A stretch of DNA of 64,000 bases from Pseudomonas aeruginosa PAO1 (GTDB lineage: Bacteria; Pseudomonadota; Gammaproteobacteria; Pseudomonadales; Pseudomonadaceae), in NCBI RefSeq assembly GCF_000006765.1, contig NC_002516.2; one strand, given 5' to 3'. A model generated the notes under the pieces. The model saw nothing but the letters and a program-made list of their open reading frames with translations, was not told where the DNA came from and did not search any database. Shown piece after piece: positions 1-9,080 of the stretch. Both the position numbers and the translations under genes were made by a program. Each line of letters starts with the position of its first letter. Position 1 is the first letter of the stretch.

Positions 1-1
1 C

Positions 2-157
2 TGCGCGGCCTGCGCCAGCGGCCACCCCCAGGGCGAGCCGTGTCGCGACGCCGATTGCCCCTGTGGCGGCACCACCCGGCCCCAGGTGGCGGAGGATCGC
101 CAGCTGGACGACGCGTTGAAGGAGACCTTTCCCGCCAGCGACCCGATCTCGCCCTGA
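2..157 (+). CDS. Pseudomonas-type metallothionein, 3' part (5' end outside window)
   Basis: Frame from nt 2 reads CAACASGHPQGEPCRDADCPCGGTTRPQVAEDRQLDDALKETFPASDPISP*: Cys/His cluster plus the acidic C-terminal tail typical of Pseudomonas metallothioneins. Confidence 0.85.
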   Translation, partial: CAACASGHPQGEPCRDADCPCGGTTRPQVAEDRQLDDALKETFPASDPISP

Positions 158-167
158 GGAGCGTGCC

Positions 168-716
168 ATGCCCGACCTGCAACTCGCGGACGAGGCCTCT
201 CGCCTGGTGGCCTACCTGCGTAGCGCCGACCTCAGCCTGATCACTGCGGAATCCTGTACTGCCGGGCAGATCAGCGCCGAACTGTCGGCGGTGGCCGGCA
301 GCGGCAAGGTGATGGAAGGCGGCTTCGTCGTCTATTCGCCGGCGGCCAAGCTTGCCCTGCTGGGGCTCGACCCGAACTGGCTGGAGCGTTTCAACCTGAC
401 CAGCGTGGAGGTCGCCGAGGCCATGGCCAGGGCGGCCCTGCAACGCAGTCCGGCGAGCGCCGCGCTGGCGGTCACGGGGTTGCTCGGCAGTGAAGCGAAG
501 GACGGCATCCCGCCCGGTACCGTGTGCTTCGCCTGGGCCTTCCGGTTGCCCGCCGGCCTCGCCCTGTTCTCGCGCCGCGAGCGCTTCCACGGCGACCCCG
601 CGCGGATGCGCCGGGAAGCCACCCGCTGGGCGCTGCGGCGCCTGCCCGAATTCCATCAACGCGCCTTGCGCGGCGAACGCGCCCTGAGGCGTCCGACAGA
701 GAGGAAACCACCATGA
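168..716 (+). CDS. CinA C-terminal domain / PncC-like (NMN deamidase family) protein
   Basis: TAESCTAG motif, GFVVYS..AK, GTVCFAW; GGAG RBS; stop overlaps the next ATG. Confidence 0.85.
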   Translation: MPDLQLADEASRLVAYLRSADLSLITAESCTAGQISAELSAVAGSGKVMEGGFVVYSPAAKLALLGLDPNWLERFNLTSVEVAEAMARAALQRSPASAALAVTGLLGSEAKDGIPPGTVCFAWAFRLPAGLALFSRRERFHGDPARMRREATRWALRRLPEFHQRALRGERALRRPTERKPP

Positions 717-1573
717 GCGAACAGCGACAGACCCTGCCGGCGCAGCACCAGGACCAACGTCCCGGCCACGAAAGCCAGATGCAGCCGAAGCCGGAGTTCG
801 TTTCCGCCGATTACCGTCCGGCGGCCAAGCTGGAGGGTAAGGTGGCCCTGGTCACCGGCGGCGACAGTGGTATCGGCCGCGCGGTGGCGGTGGCTTTCGC
901 CCGCGAGAAGGCGGATGTGGTGCTGGTCTACCTGGATGAGAACGAAGACGCGGCGAAGACCCGCGAGATCATCGAGTCGCTCGGCCGCCAGTGCCTGGCG
1001 TTCGCCGGCGACGTCGCCGACGCCGGCTTCTGCCGCCAGGTTGTGGACACGCTAAGGCAGAAATGGGGGCGCCTCGACGTGCTGGTCAACAACGCCGGCG
1101 AGCAGCATCCGCAGGCGCGCCTGGAGGACATCAGCGAAGAGCAGTGGGAGAAGACCTTCCGCACCAACATCTTCGGCATGTTCCAGTTGACCAAGGCGGC
1201 CCTGCCGCTGATGGGCAAGGGCGGGGCGATCATCAACACCACCTCGATCACCGCCTACAAGGGCAACCCCCAGCTGATCGACTATTCCTCGACCAAGGGC
1301 GCGATCACCTCGTTCACCCGGTCGCTGTCGATGAACCTGGTCAACCGCGGCATCCGCGTCAACGCCGTGGCCCCGGGCCCGATCTGGACGCCGCTGATCC
1401 CGTCCACCTTCAGCGCCGAGAAGGTCGCCCACTTCGGCGCGGATACGCCGATGGGCCGGCCCGGCCAGCCGGAAGAGCTGGCCGCCAGCTACGTCTACCT
1501 GGCCTGTAACGACTCGTCCTACGTCAGCGGCCAGGTGCTGCACGTCAACGGCGGTACGGTAGTCAACGGCTGA
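713..1573 (+). CDS. Short-chain dehydrogenase (YhxC/YghA-like general stress SDR), 286 aa
   Basis: TGGDSGIGRA Rossmann motif, NNAG, YSSTK catalytic motif; GAGG RBS before ATG 713. Confidence 0.92.
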   Translation: MSEQRQTLPAQHQDQRPGHESQMQPKPEFVSADYRPAAKLEGKVALVTGGDSGIGRAVAVAFAREKADVVLVYLDENEDAAKTREIIESLGRQCLAFAGDVADAGFCRQVVDTLRQKWGRLDVLVNNAGEQHPQARLEDISEEQWEKTFRTNIFGMFQLTKAALPLMGKGGAIINTTSITAYKGNPQLIDYSSTKGAITSFTRSLSMNLVNRGIRVNAVAPGPIWTPLIPSTFSAEKVAHFGADTPMGRPGQPEELAASYVYLACNDSSYVSGQVLHVNGGTVVNG

Positions 1574-1592
1574 GGCGCCCCGGCGACCGCGT

Positions 1593-1781
1593 TCACTCGC
1601 GTGCCGCCGCCGGCAGCAGGGGGTAGACCCGCACCGCGCTCAGACGCTGCGGGAACAGCAGGGGATAGCAGAGTTGCAGGCGAACGTGCGCCTCGCTGGT
1701 GCTGAGGGTTGGCGCGAAAGTGGTGAGCACGGTCCGGCCGGGTTGTCCGGCGTCTGAGAAATGAACCATGAAAGCCTGCAT
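1593..1781 (-). CDS. Small hypothetical protein, 62 aa
   Basis: MQAFMVHFSDAGQPG...; GGAG 7 nt upstream; fills an intergenic gap; GAACCG-N17-TCGGG element at 1883-1910 on the same strand. Confidence 0.6.
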   Translation of the reverse strand: MQAFMVHFSDAGQPGRTVLTTFAPTLSTSEAHVRLQLCYPLLFPQRLSAVRVYPLLPAAARE

Positions 1782-2017
1782 CGGAGCGCTCCTGCCGGGA
1801 TACGGGAAAGGTCACTGCTCAGTGAAGCTGCGCTCCAGCTCTCGCGCCAGTCCGCACACCGACCGTTGGCAACGGCATTCCTCCCGACTGACGCCGGCGC
1901 CCGGCGGTTCCGTCGTGCGGACAGGCGGGCCGCCGGCGAAAAAGAATGAACCATCGCGGCCGCCGCGACTCCGCTTCTAGGTAGCCGGAACGGCCGGCCG
2001 CGACGCAGACAAGGAGC

Positions 2018-2311
2018 ATGCCGATGAAACGCGACTGGGGGTTGATCAGGGATTTGCTGGAGCATCTGGAAAGCCTTGGCTTCGGCCAGCACTGGGAAGC
2101 ACGCGAGCTACCCGGTCATTGCCGCGAGGCGGTGGCCTACCACTTGCAGTTGCTCAACCAGGCGCAACTGCTCTGCGGCAGCGTCCAGCATTCCTGGACC
2201 GGCCAGGAGCAATGGGTGGTCCACCACCTGACCCTGGCCGGCCACGACCTGCTCGACCGCCTGCGCCAGGAAAGCGCGGCGGCCGCCGTGCCGGTACGCA
2301 AGAGCGCCTGA
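2018..2311 (+). CDS. DUF2513-like winged-helix protein
   Basis: MKRDWGLIRDLLEHLE N-terminus and LTLAGHDLLD C-terminal wing motif; AAGGAG RBS. Confidence 0.75.
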   Translation: MPMKRDWGLIRDLLEHLESLGFGQHWEARELPGHCREAVAYHLQLLNQAQLLCGSVQHSWTGQEQWVVHHLTLAGHDLLDRLRQESAAAAVPVRKSA

Positions 2312-2363
2312 GAAAACCCCGCAAGCACCGGCCTGCAGCGGCGGGCCGGAAGGAAGCCCGGCG

Positions 2364-4802
2364 ATGCCCGACAGCCAAGACCAGACCCCAAGTGCGGTCC
2401 AGACCCTGAAAGCCAGCATCCTCGCCAAACTGCGCTACAGCGTCGGCCGCGACCCATCCACCGCGTGCCCGCACGACTGGTTCGAAGCGGTGGCCCTGGC
2501 GGTGCGCGACCACATCATCGACCACTGGGAGGAGGCCACCCCGCAAGGTGAAGCGCCCGCGCGCAAGCGGGTCTACTACCTGTCCCTGGAGTTCCTCATC
2601 GGTCGCCTGTTGCTGGACAACCTCGGCAACCTCGGGCTGCTCGAGGAAACCCGCCAGGCCCTTGCCGAGCTGGGCGTCGACCTGCAGCGGATCGTTGCCC
2701 TGGAGCCGGACGCGGCGCTCGGCAACGGCGGCCTCGGACGCCTGGCGGCATGCTTCATGGAAAGCATGGCCAGCCTCGACATTCCCGCGCATGGCTATGG
2801 CATCCGCTACGAGCATGGCCTGTTCCGCCAGGTGCTGACCGACGGCTGGCAGCAGGAGCAGACCGAGACCTGGCTGGATTTCGGCAATCCCTGGGAGTTC
2901 GAACGACCCGAGGTCAGCTACTACATCGACTTCGGCGGCAGCGTGCAGGTCGACAGCGAGCACAGTGGCCGAGCCATCTGGCGGCCGGACGAGCGGATCC
3001 GGGCGATCGCCTACGACACGCCGATCGTCGGCTGGCGGCGTGCCAGCGTCAATACCCTGCGCCTGTGGCGCGCTCGCGCCGAGGAAGACCTGCAACTGGA
3101 CCGTTTCAACGCCGGCGACCATATCGGCGCGGTGGTCGACGTGGTCAAGGCGGAGAGCATCTCGCGGGTGCTGTATCCGGCCGACAGCACCGAGGCCGGT
3201 CAGGAACTGCGCCTGCGCCAGGAGTACTTCTTCGTCTCAGCCTCGCTGCAGGACCTGCTCGACCGCCACCTGCGCCATCATCACGACCTGCGTAGCCTGC
3301 CGGAACAGGTGGCGATCCAGCTCAACGACACCCACCCGGCGATCGCCGTCGCCGAGCTGATGCGGCAACTGGTAGACGTGCACCAACTGGCCTGGCCGGA
3401 CGCCTGGGCGCTGAGCGTGGCGACCTTGTCCTACACCAACCACACGCTGCTCCCGGAAGCCCTGGAATCCTGGCCGGTGGCGCTGATGGAGCGCCTGTTG
3501 CCGCGCCACATGCAGATCATCTACCTGATCAATGCCTTCCATATAGACGCGCTGCGTGCCCAGGACATCCACGACTTCGACCTGTTGCGTTCGGTCAGCC
3601 TGATCGAGGAGGGCCACGGCCGACGGGTGCGCATGGGCAACCTGGCGTTCCTCGGTTCGCACCAGATCAACGGGGTATCGGCATTGCACACCGAGCTGAT
3701 GCGCGAAACCGTGTTCCATGACCTGCATCGCCTCTATCCGCAGCGCATCAGCAACAAGACCAACGGCGTGTCGTTCCGCCGCTGGCTGTTCCAGGCCAAC
3801 CCGGGGTTGACCGAGCTGCTGGTGGAGACCCTCGGCGCCGACCTGCTGGACACCCCGGAACGGCGCCTGCCGGACCTCGAGGAACACGTCGAGGACGCCA
3901 GGCTGCGGGCACGCTTCGCCGAGCAGCGCCGGCAGAACAAGACCGCCCTGGCGCGCCTGGTGCTGGACAGCCTCGGCGTGGCGATCGAACCGGAAGCGCT
4001 GTTCGATGTGCATATCAAGCGTATCCACGAATACAAGCGGCAGTTGCTCAACCTGCTGCACACCGTGGCGCTGTACCAGGAGATCCGCAACGACCCGACC
4101 GCCGACCGCGTGCCGCGGGTGAAGATCTTCGCCGGCAAGGCTGCCGCCAGCTACCACCAGGCCAAGCTGATCATCAAGCTGGCCAACGACATCGCCCGCA
4201 CCATCAACGACGACCCCACCGTGCGCGGCCTGCTCAAGCTGGTGTTCCTGCCCAACTACAACGTCAGCCTGGCCGAGGCGATCATTCCCGCGGCGGACCT
4301 CTCCGAGCAGATTTCCACCGCCGGGCTCGAGGCCTCCGGGACCAGCAACATGAAGTTCGCCCTCAACGGCGCGCTGACCATCGGCACCCTGGACGGCGCC
4401 AACGTCGAGATGAGCCAGCGGATCGGCCTGGAACACATGTTCATCTTCGGCCTCAGCGCCCAGCAGGTGGAGCAGCGCCGGCAGGCCGGGGAGCTGGAGA
4501 TGGGCGGGGTGATCGCGGCCTCGCCGCGGCTGGAGGAAGCCCTGGAGGCGATCCGCAGCGGGCTGTTCTCGGCCGACGACCGCAGCCGCTACGAAGGGCT
4601 GGTGGACGGCCTGGTGCACGACGACCGCTTCATGCTCTGCGCCGACTTCGAGGCCTACTGGCATGCGCAGTGCCGGGTCGAGGAAGTCTGGCGCGAGCCC
4701 GATCGCTGGTGGCGCTCGGCGTTGCTCAACGTGGCGCGGATCGGCTGGTTCAGCGCCGACCGGACGATCAGCGAATACGCCCGGGATATCTGGAAGCTAT
4801 GA
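2364..4802 (+). CDS. glgP: Glycogen/maltodextrin phosphorylase, 812 aa
   Basis: LGNGGLGRLAACF, QLNDTHP, IKRIHEYKRQ and EASGTSNMK PLP-lysine motif. Confidence 0.97.
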   Translation: MPDSQDQTPSAVQTLKASILAKLRYSVGRDPSTACPHDWFEAVALAVRDHIIDHWEEATPQGEAPARKRVYYLSLEFLIGRLLLDNLGNLGLLEETRQALAELGVDLQRIVALEPDAALGNGGLGRLAACFMESMASLDIPAHGYGIRYEHGLFRQVLTDGWQQEQTETWLDFGNPWEFERPEVSYYIDFGGSVQVDSEHSGRAIWRPDERIRAIAYDTPIVGWRRASVNTLRLWRARAEEDLQLDRFNAGDHIGAVVDVVKAESISRVLYPADSTEAGQELRLRQEYFFVSASLQDLLDRHLRHHHDLRSLPEQVAIQLNDTHPAIAVAELMRQLVDVHQLAWPDAWALSVATLSYTNHTLLPEALESWPVALMERLLPRHMQIIYLINAFHIDALRAQDIHDFDLLRSVSLIEEGHGRRVRMGNLAFLGSHQINGVSALHTELMRETVFHDLHRLYPQRISNKTNGVSFRRWLFQANPGLTELLVETLGADLLDTPERRLPDLEEHVEDARLRARFAEQRRQNKTALARLVLDSLGVAIEPEALFDVHIKRIHEYKRQLLNLLHTVALYQEIRNDPTADRVPRVKIFAGKAAASYHQAKLIIKLANDIARTINDDPTVRGLLKLVFLPNYNVSLAEAIIPAADLSEQISTAGLEASGTSNMKFALNGALTIGTLDGANVEMSQRIGLEHMFIFGLSAQQVEQRRQAGELEMGGVIAASPRLEEALEAIRSGLFSADDRSRYEGLVDGLVHDDRFMLCADFEAYWHAQCRVEEVWREPDRWWRSALLNVARIGWFSADRTISEYARDIWKL

Positions 4803-4808
4803 AGGGCC

Positions 4809-5207
4809 TTACCAGAAGCCGGCCGGGTGACGGCGTTCGGGGCCCTCCAGGCGAAGGTCGAAGGCGCGGCGGAAGAATACCGCCAGCTCGCTGTCCAGCA
4901 CCATCGGGTTGATCGACGCCAGCTCGGCCGGCAGGCTGTGCCATTCCTGGGCCCCGGCCAGGTACTGGCGATGGATGACCCGCTCGCCGGGAATCGCCAG
5001 CAGGCTGTAGTGGCTTTTCTCGCCTCCCGGCTCGCCGACTTCCAGGCGCAGGCGAGGATGGCCGTCCTCGTCGAGGTCGAGGTCCACGTTGCAGTCCAGG
5101 CCGTAGCTGCGCGCCTCTTCGCAGGAGTCGACGAAAAGCGGTTTCGCCACCTGTTCCACGAGAGAAATGAAATAGTGCTGGAATCGCACTTCGTCACTGT
5201 TTTCCAT
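4809..5207 (-). CDS. Hypothetical protein (alternative start 5219)
   Basis: Open frame convergent with glgP, protein-like composition, fills the gap; no family recognised. Confidence 0.7.
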   Translation of the reverse strand: MENSDEVRFQHYFISLVEQVAKPLFVDSCEEARSYGLDCNVDLDLDEDGHPRLRLEVGEPGGEKSHYSLLAIPGERVIHRQYLAGAQEWHSLPAELASINPMVLDSELAVFFRRAFDLRLEGPERRHPAGFW

Positions 5208-5292
5208 GGCGAGTTCCATTTGTTTTAAAGTTCGACGATTAATTATTGAATGGGTCTATCGGAATGTCAGGGGTTGCAATAGAAAAGAATAA

Positions 5293-5457
5293 TTAAGTGC
5301 CTCCGCCTGGGCATTCTTCGGTATTCGCTCCATGATATTCGGGGTAGGGTTCCTGATCACTGTCTCCCGGTTCGAAATTCCATTCATGGCAATCGCGATC
5401 GGGTTCTTCGTTGCTTACCACGGGATCGCTGTAGGCCGGATGCTCGTAGGGTTTCAT
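5293..5457 (-). CDS. Small acidic Pro/Glu/Asp-rich protein, 54 aa
   Basis: GGAGGAGCACC-ATG start; MKPYEHPAYSDPVVSNEEPDRDCHEWNFEPGDSDQEPYPEYHGANTEECPGGGT*; perfect TTGACA at 5509-5514 on this strand. Confidence 0.6.
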   Translation of the reverse strand: MKPYEHPAYSDPVVSNEEPDRDCHEWNFEPGDSDQEPYPEYHGANTEECPGGGT

Positions 5458-5611
5458 GGTGCTCCTCCGAGATGTGCGGGCTTTCATCTGACGCAATTCG
5501 GGGATTCCTGTCAATGCTGGCAATGGAATAAGGCAAGGATCTTTGAACCCTATGGATTGCGCTCGAAACATGCTGGCAAAGCGCTTCGCTTTCATTCGCT
5601 GAAAATAATCT

Positions 5612-5638
5612 GAACCACTGGCGAAACACCCTCTCAGA
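5612..5638 (+). promoter_or_regulatory. AlgU(sigma22)-like promoter for the KGG protein/katE
   Basis: GAACCA-N16-TCAGA, 67 nt before ATG 5706; resembles GAACTT-N16/17-TCTGA. Confidence 0.6.
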
Positions 5639-5705
5639 GTTAGGGCATGCGCAACGCATGCGTCCATGAAATCTGTTCTGAAGAGATTATTCGGAGGAAA
5701 TAGAA

Positions 5706-5873
5706 ATGGCACAGCATCAAGGTGGTAAAGGCAACTTCGCGGAAGACCCGAAACGTGCTTCGGAGGCCGGCAAGAAGGGCGGCCAGGCCAGCGGCGGCAA
5801 CTTCAAGAACGATCCGCAGCGGGCCTCCGAGGCTGGCAAGAAAGGTGGCCAGCGCAGCCACGGCGGGAACTGA
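5706..5873 (+). CDS. KGG-repeat general stress protein (YciG/Con-10 family), 55 aa
   Basis: Not in ORF track; reads MAQHQGGKGNFAEDPKRASEAGKKGGQASGGNFKNDPQRASEAGKKGGQRSHGGN*; GGAGG RBS. Confidence 0.92.
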   Translation: MAQHQGGKGNFAEDPKRASEAGKKGGQASGGNFKNDPQRASEAGKKGGQRSHGGN

Positions 5874-5892
5874 TAACCGCGCAGTGAAGTGA

Positions 5893-5926
5893 ATGGGGCG
5901 GAGCAGGGAGGCATCCGCCCCATTTT
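5893..5926 (+). terminator. Hairpin between the KGG gene and katE (leaky terminator or mRNA stabiliser)
   Basis: ATGGGGCGGA...TCCGCCCCAT stem followed by TTT. Confidence 0.5.
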
Positions 5927-5953
5927 CATGCCCAGGATGAGGAGAGGAAACCG

Positions 5954-8083
5954 ATGAGCGAGCAGAACAACGAGCAGCGCAGCCAGGCGGCCGGCACCGA
6001 CACCGTCGACCGTGGCAACAGCAACGCCAAGCTGGAACAGCTGGAGGCCTATCGCGAGGACGCCACCGGAGAGGCCCTGAGCACCAATACCGGCACCCGC
6101 ATCGCCGATAACCAGAACACCCTGAAGGCCGGCGAGCGCGGACCGTCGTTGCTCGAAGACTTCATCATGCGCGAGAAGATCACCCACTTCGACCACGAGC
6201 GCATTCCCGAGCGCGTGGTCCACGCTCGTGGCTCGGCGGCGCATGGCTACTTCGAGGCCTACGAGGACCTCAGCGACCTGACCAAGGCCGGCTTCCTCGC
6301 CGAGGCGGGCAAGCGTACCCCGGTCTTCGTGCGTTTCTCCACCGTGCAGGGGCCGCGCGGGTCCGCGGATACGGTGCGTGACGTACGCGGCTTCGCCGTG
6401 AAGTTCTATACCGACGAAGGCAACTTCGACCTGGTCGGCAACAACATGCCGGTGTTCTTCATCCAGGATGCGATCAAGTTCCCCGACTTCGTCCATGCGG
6501 TGAAACCCGAACCGCACAACGAGATTCCCACCGGAGCGTCTGCCCACGACACCTTCTGGGACTTCGTTTCGCTGACCCCGGAGTCGGCGCACATGGTCAT
6601 GTGGCTGATGTCCGATCGCGCCATTCCGATCGCCTACCGCAACATGCAGGGCTTCGGCGTGCACACCTTCCGCCTGGTCAACGCGGCCGGCGAGAGCGTG
6701 CTGGTCAAGTTCCACTGGCGACCGAAGTCCGGGACCTGCTCGCTGGTCTGGGACGAGGCGCAGAAGCTCGCCGGCAAGGACCCCGACTTCAACCGGCGGA
6801 CCCTCTGGGAGGACATCGAGAAGGGCGACTATCCCGAATGGGAGCTGGGCCTGCAGGTGATCCCGGAGAACCAGCAGGACAGCTTCGACTTCGACCTGCT
6901 CGACCCCACCAAGCTGGTGCCCGAGGAGTTGGTGCCGGTAAGGGTGGTGGGGCGGATGGTACTCAACCGCAACCCCGACAATTTCTTCGCCGAGACCGAA
7001 CAGGTGGCGTTCCACGTCGGCCACGTGGTCCCCGGAATCGACTTCACCAACGACCCGCTGTTGCAGGGTCGGCTGTTCTCCTATACCGACACCCAACTGC
7101 TGCGCCTGAGCGGGCCGAACTTCAACGAAATCCCGATCAACCGCCCGCTGTGTCCGTTCCACAACAACCAGCGCGACGCGCCGCACCGGCAGACCATCAA
7201 CCGCGGCCGGGCTTCCTATGAACCGAACTCGATCGACGGCGGCTGGCCGAAGGAAACCCCGCCGGCGGCGCGCAACGGCGGCTTCTCCACCTACCACGAG
7301 CCGGTCAGCGGCAGCAAGCTGCGCAAGCGTGCCGACTCCTTCGCCGATCATTTCAGCCAGGCCGCATTGTTCTGGCACAGCATGAGCGAGGCCGAGCAGG
7401 CGCATATCGTCGCCGCCTACAGCTTCGAACTGTCCAAGGTCGAGCGGCAATCGATCCGTGAGCGCGAAGTCAACCAGATACTCCTCAACATCGATCCGCA
7501 ACTGGCCGCCAGGGTCGCGGCGAACGTCGGTGTGCAGCTCGCCGCGCCGGCCAACCCGACACCGCAGCCGAAGCCGTCGCCGGCGCTGAGCCAGATGAAT
7601 CTGCTGTCCGGCGACATCCGTTCGCGCAAGGTGGCGATCCTGATCGCCGACGGCGTCGCCGAGAGCGACGTCAGCGACCTGCGCGACGCGCTCCGCCAGG
7701 AGGGCGCGGACGCCAAGCTGATCGCGCCCAGCGCTTCGCCGGTGCAGGCTGAAAACGGCGCCGAACTGAGCCCTGAGGGAACCTGGGACGGCCTGCCGTC
7801 GGTAGCCTTCGACGCGGTCTTCGTGCCTGGCGGCGCGGCCAGCAGCCAGGCCATCGGCGCTGACGGGCGCGGCCTGCACTACCTGCTGGAAGCCTACAAG
7901 CACCTGAAGCCAGTGGCCTTCGCCGGCGATGCCCAGGCGCTGGCCAGCCAGCTTTCGTTGCCTGGCGACCCCGGCGTGGTGCTCGGCGCCACGGCCACCG
8001 ATGTCTTCCCCGGCCTGCGCCAGGCATTGATGCAGCACCGGATCTGGCAGCGCGAGGCGGCGACCAAGGCGATCCCCGCCTGA
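5954..8083 (+). CDS. katE: Large-subunit heme catalase HPII, 709 aa
   Basis: [38 protein letters not shown]; C-terminal DJ-1/GATase-like domain. Confidence 0.97.
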   Translation: MSEQNNEQRSQAAGTDTVDRGNSNAKLEQLEAYREDATGEALSTNTGTRIADNQNTLKAGERGPSLLEDFIMREKITHFDHERIPERVVHARGSAAHGYFEAYEDLSDLTKAGFLAEAGKRTPVFVRFSTVQGPRGSADTVRDVRGFAVKFYTDEGNFDLVGNNMPVFFIQDAIKFPDFVHAVKPEPHNEIPTGASAHDTFWDFVSLTPESAHMVMWLMSDRAIPIAYRNMQGFGVHTFRLVNAAGESVLVKFHWRPKSGTCSLVWDEAQKLAGKDPDFNRRTLWEDIEKGDYPEWELGLQVIPENQQDSFDFDLLDPTKLVPEELVPVRVVGRMVLNRNPDNFFAETEQVAFHVGHVVPGIDFTNDPLLQGRLFSYTDTQLLRLSGPNFNEIPINRPLCPFHNNQRDAPHRQTINRGRASYEPNSIDGGWPKETPPAARNGGFSTYHEPVSGSKLRKRADSFADHFSQAALFWHSMSEAEQAHIVAAYSFELSKVERQSIREREVNQILLNIDPQLAARVAANVGVQLAAPANPTPQPKPSPALSQMNLLSGDIRSRKVAILIADGVAESDVSDLRDALRQEGADAKLIAPSASPVQAENGAELSPEGTWDGLPSVAFDAVFVPGGAASSQAIGADGRGLHYLLEAYKHLKPVAFAGDAQALASQLSLPGDPGVVLGATATDVFPGLRQALMQHRIWQREAATKAIPA

Positions 8084-8179
8084 GGAGCGCCGCTGGCGAA
8101 TCCGATCGCACCTTCCCGTCGTCTCGTCGGTCACAGCTGGAAAGGGCGGCTGGCCGAGCGATTCGGCGGGAGGACCCGG

Positions 8180-8314
8180 ATGACCTTGCGTTGCCTGATA
8201 GGCGGTTGCGACTGGTGCCGGCAACCGGCGTTGCGACTGGGTGAGGAAACCTTCGACTGCGAGCGCTGCCTGCGTTGCGGTGCCCTGCGCTACAGCGAGA
8301 TACAACGCCGATGA
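8180..8314 (+). CDS. Cys-rich small protein, 44 aa
   Basis: GGAGG RBS; MTLRCLIGGCDWCRQPALRLGEETFDCERCLRCGALRYSEIQRR*; TGA overlaps the ATG of the next gene (ATGA). Confidence 0.7.
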   Translation: MTLRCLIGGCDWCRQPALRLGEETFDCERCLRCGALRYSEIQRR

Positions 8315-8802
8315 GCGCCTGGGAGACGTTGTGGAAGATCCTCGGCGAGGAGTTCGCCGATCTCGCCGACTTCGAGCAGACCGCCCGCGCCGCGTTGCGC
8401 CTGCTGCTGGCGGCGGCGCTCGGCGCGGTACTCGGCTACGAGCGCGAGCAGAGCGGCAAGGCCGCCGGCCTGCGCACGCACATGCTGGTAACCCTCGGCG
8501 CGGCGCTGTTCGTCATGCCGCTGCAATTGCAGAGTGGCGGGGCGGACGCGCTGAGCCGGGTGATCCAGGGCACCGTCGCCGGCATCGGCTTCCTCTGCGC
8601 CGGCACCATTCTCAAGGCAGGTCGGGAAAGCCGGGTCAGGGGCCTGACCACCGCGGCGGGACTCTGGGCCAGCACCGCCATAGGCGTCGCGGTCGGACTC
8701 GGTCACCAGGGTACCGCGGTGCTCGGGACGGTCCTGGCGCTACTGGTGCTGCATGTCCTGGCCTGCCTGAACCGTTCGCCGCCATCTTCCGATAGCCATT
8801 GA
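8311..8802 (+). CDS. MgtC/SapB family membrane protein, 163 aa
   Basis: LGYERE...AAGLRTHMLV, RVIQGTVAGIGFLCAGTI, GLTTAAGLW. Confidence 0.92.
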   Translation: MSAWETLWKILGEEFADLADFEQTARAALRLLLAAALGAVLGYEREQSGKAAGLRTHMLVTLGAALFVMPLQLQSGGADALSRVIQGTVAGIGFLCAGTILKAGRESRVRGLTTAAGLWASTAIGVAVGLGHQGTAVLGTVLALLVLHVLACLNRSPPSSDSH

Positions 8803-8815
8803 GGAGAGTTCCGTC

Positions 8816-9058
8816 ATGTTCAAGGACTTCGACGCCTGTACCGCCTGGACCGACGCGATGCAGGAGCGCTGCCAGCCGGTCGGCCTGATCCTCTATCAGC
8901 CCAAGCGGCGTGGCGCGGCGGTACGCATGCTGTGGGTAGTGACCCCGGGTTGCAGTTGCCTGAGCGACGCCGAGACCGCCGCCGACAACCTGCTCCAGCG
9001 CATCACCGACATCGCCGCCGACGGCCGCGTGCGTTACGCGGACGGCGGCACGCTGTAA
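8816..9058 (+). CDS. Hypothetical protein, 80 aa
   Basis: GAGGAG RBS; lies in line between the MgtC-family gene and ku. Confidence 0.7.
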   Translation: MFKDFDACTAWTDAMQERCQPVGLILYQPKRRGAAVRMLWVVTPGCSCLSDAETAADNLLQRITDIAADGRVRYADGGTL

Positions 9059-9080
9059 CCATCAAGAGGAGGAAACCGGC

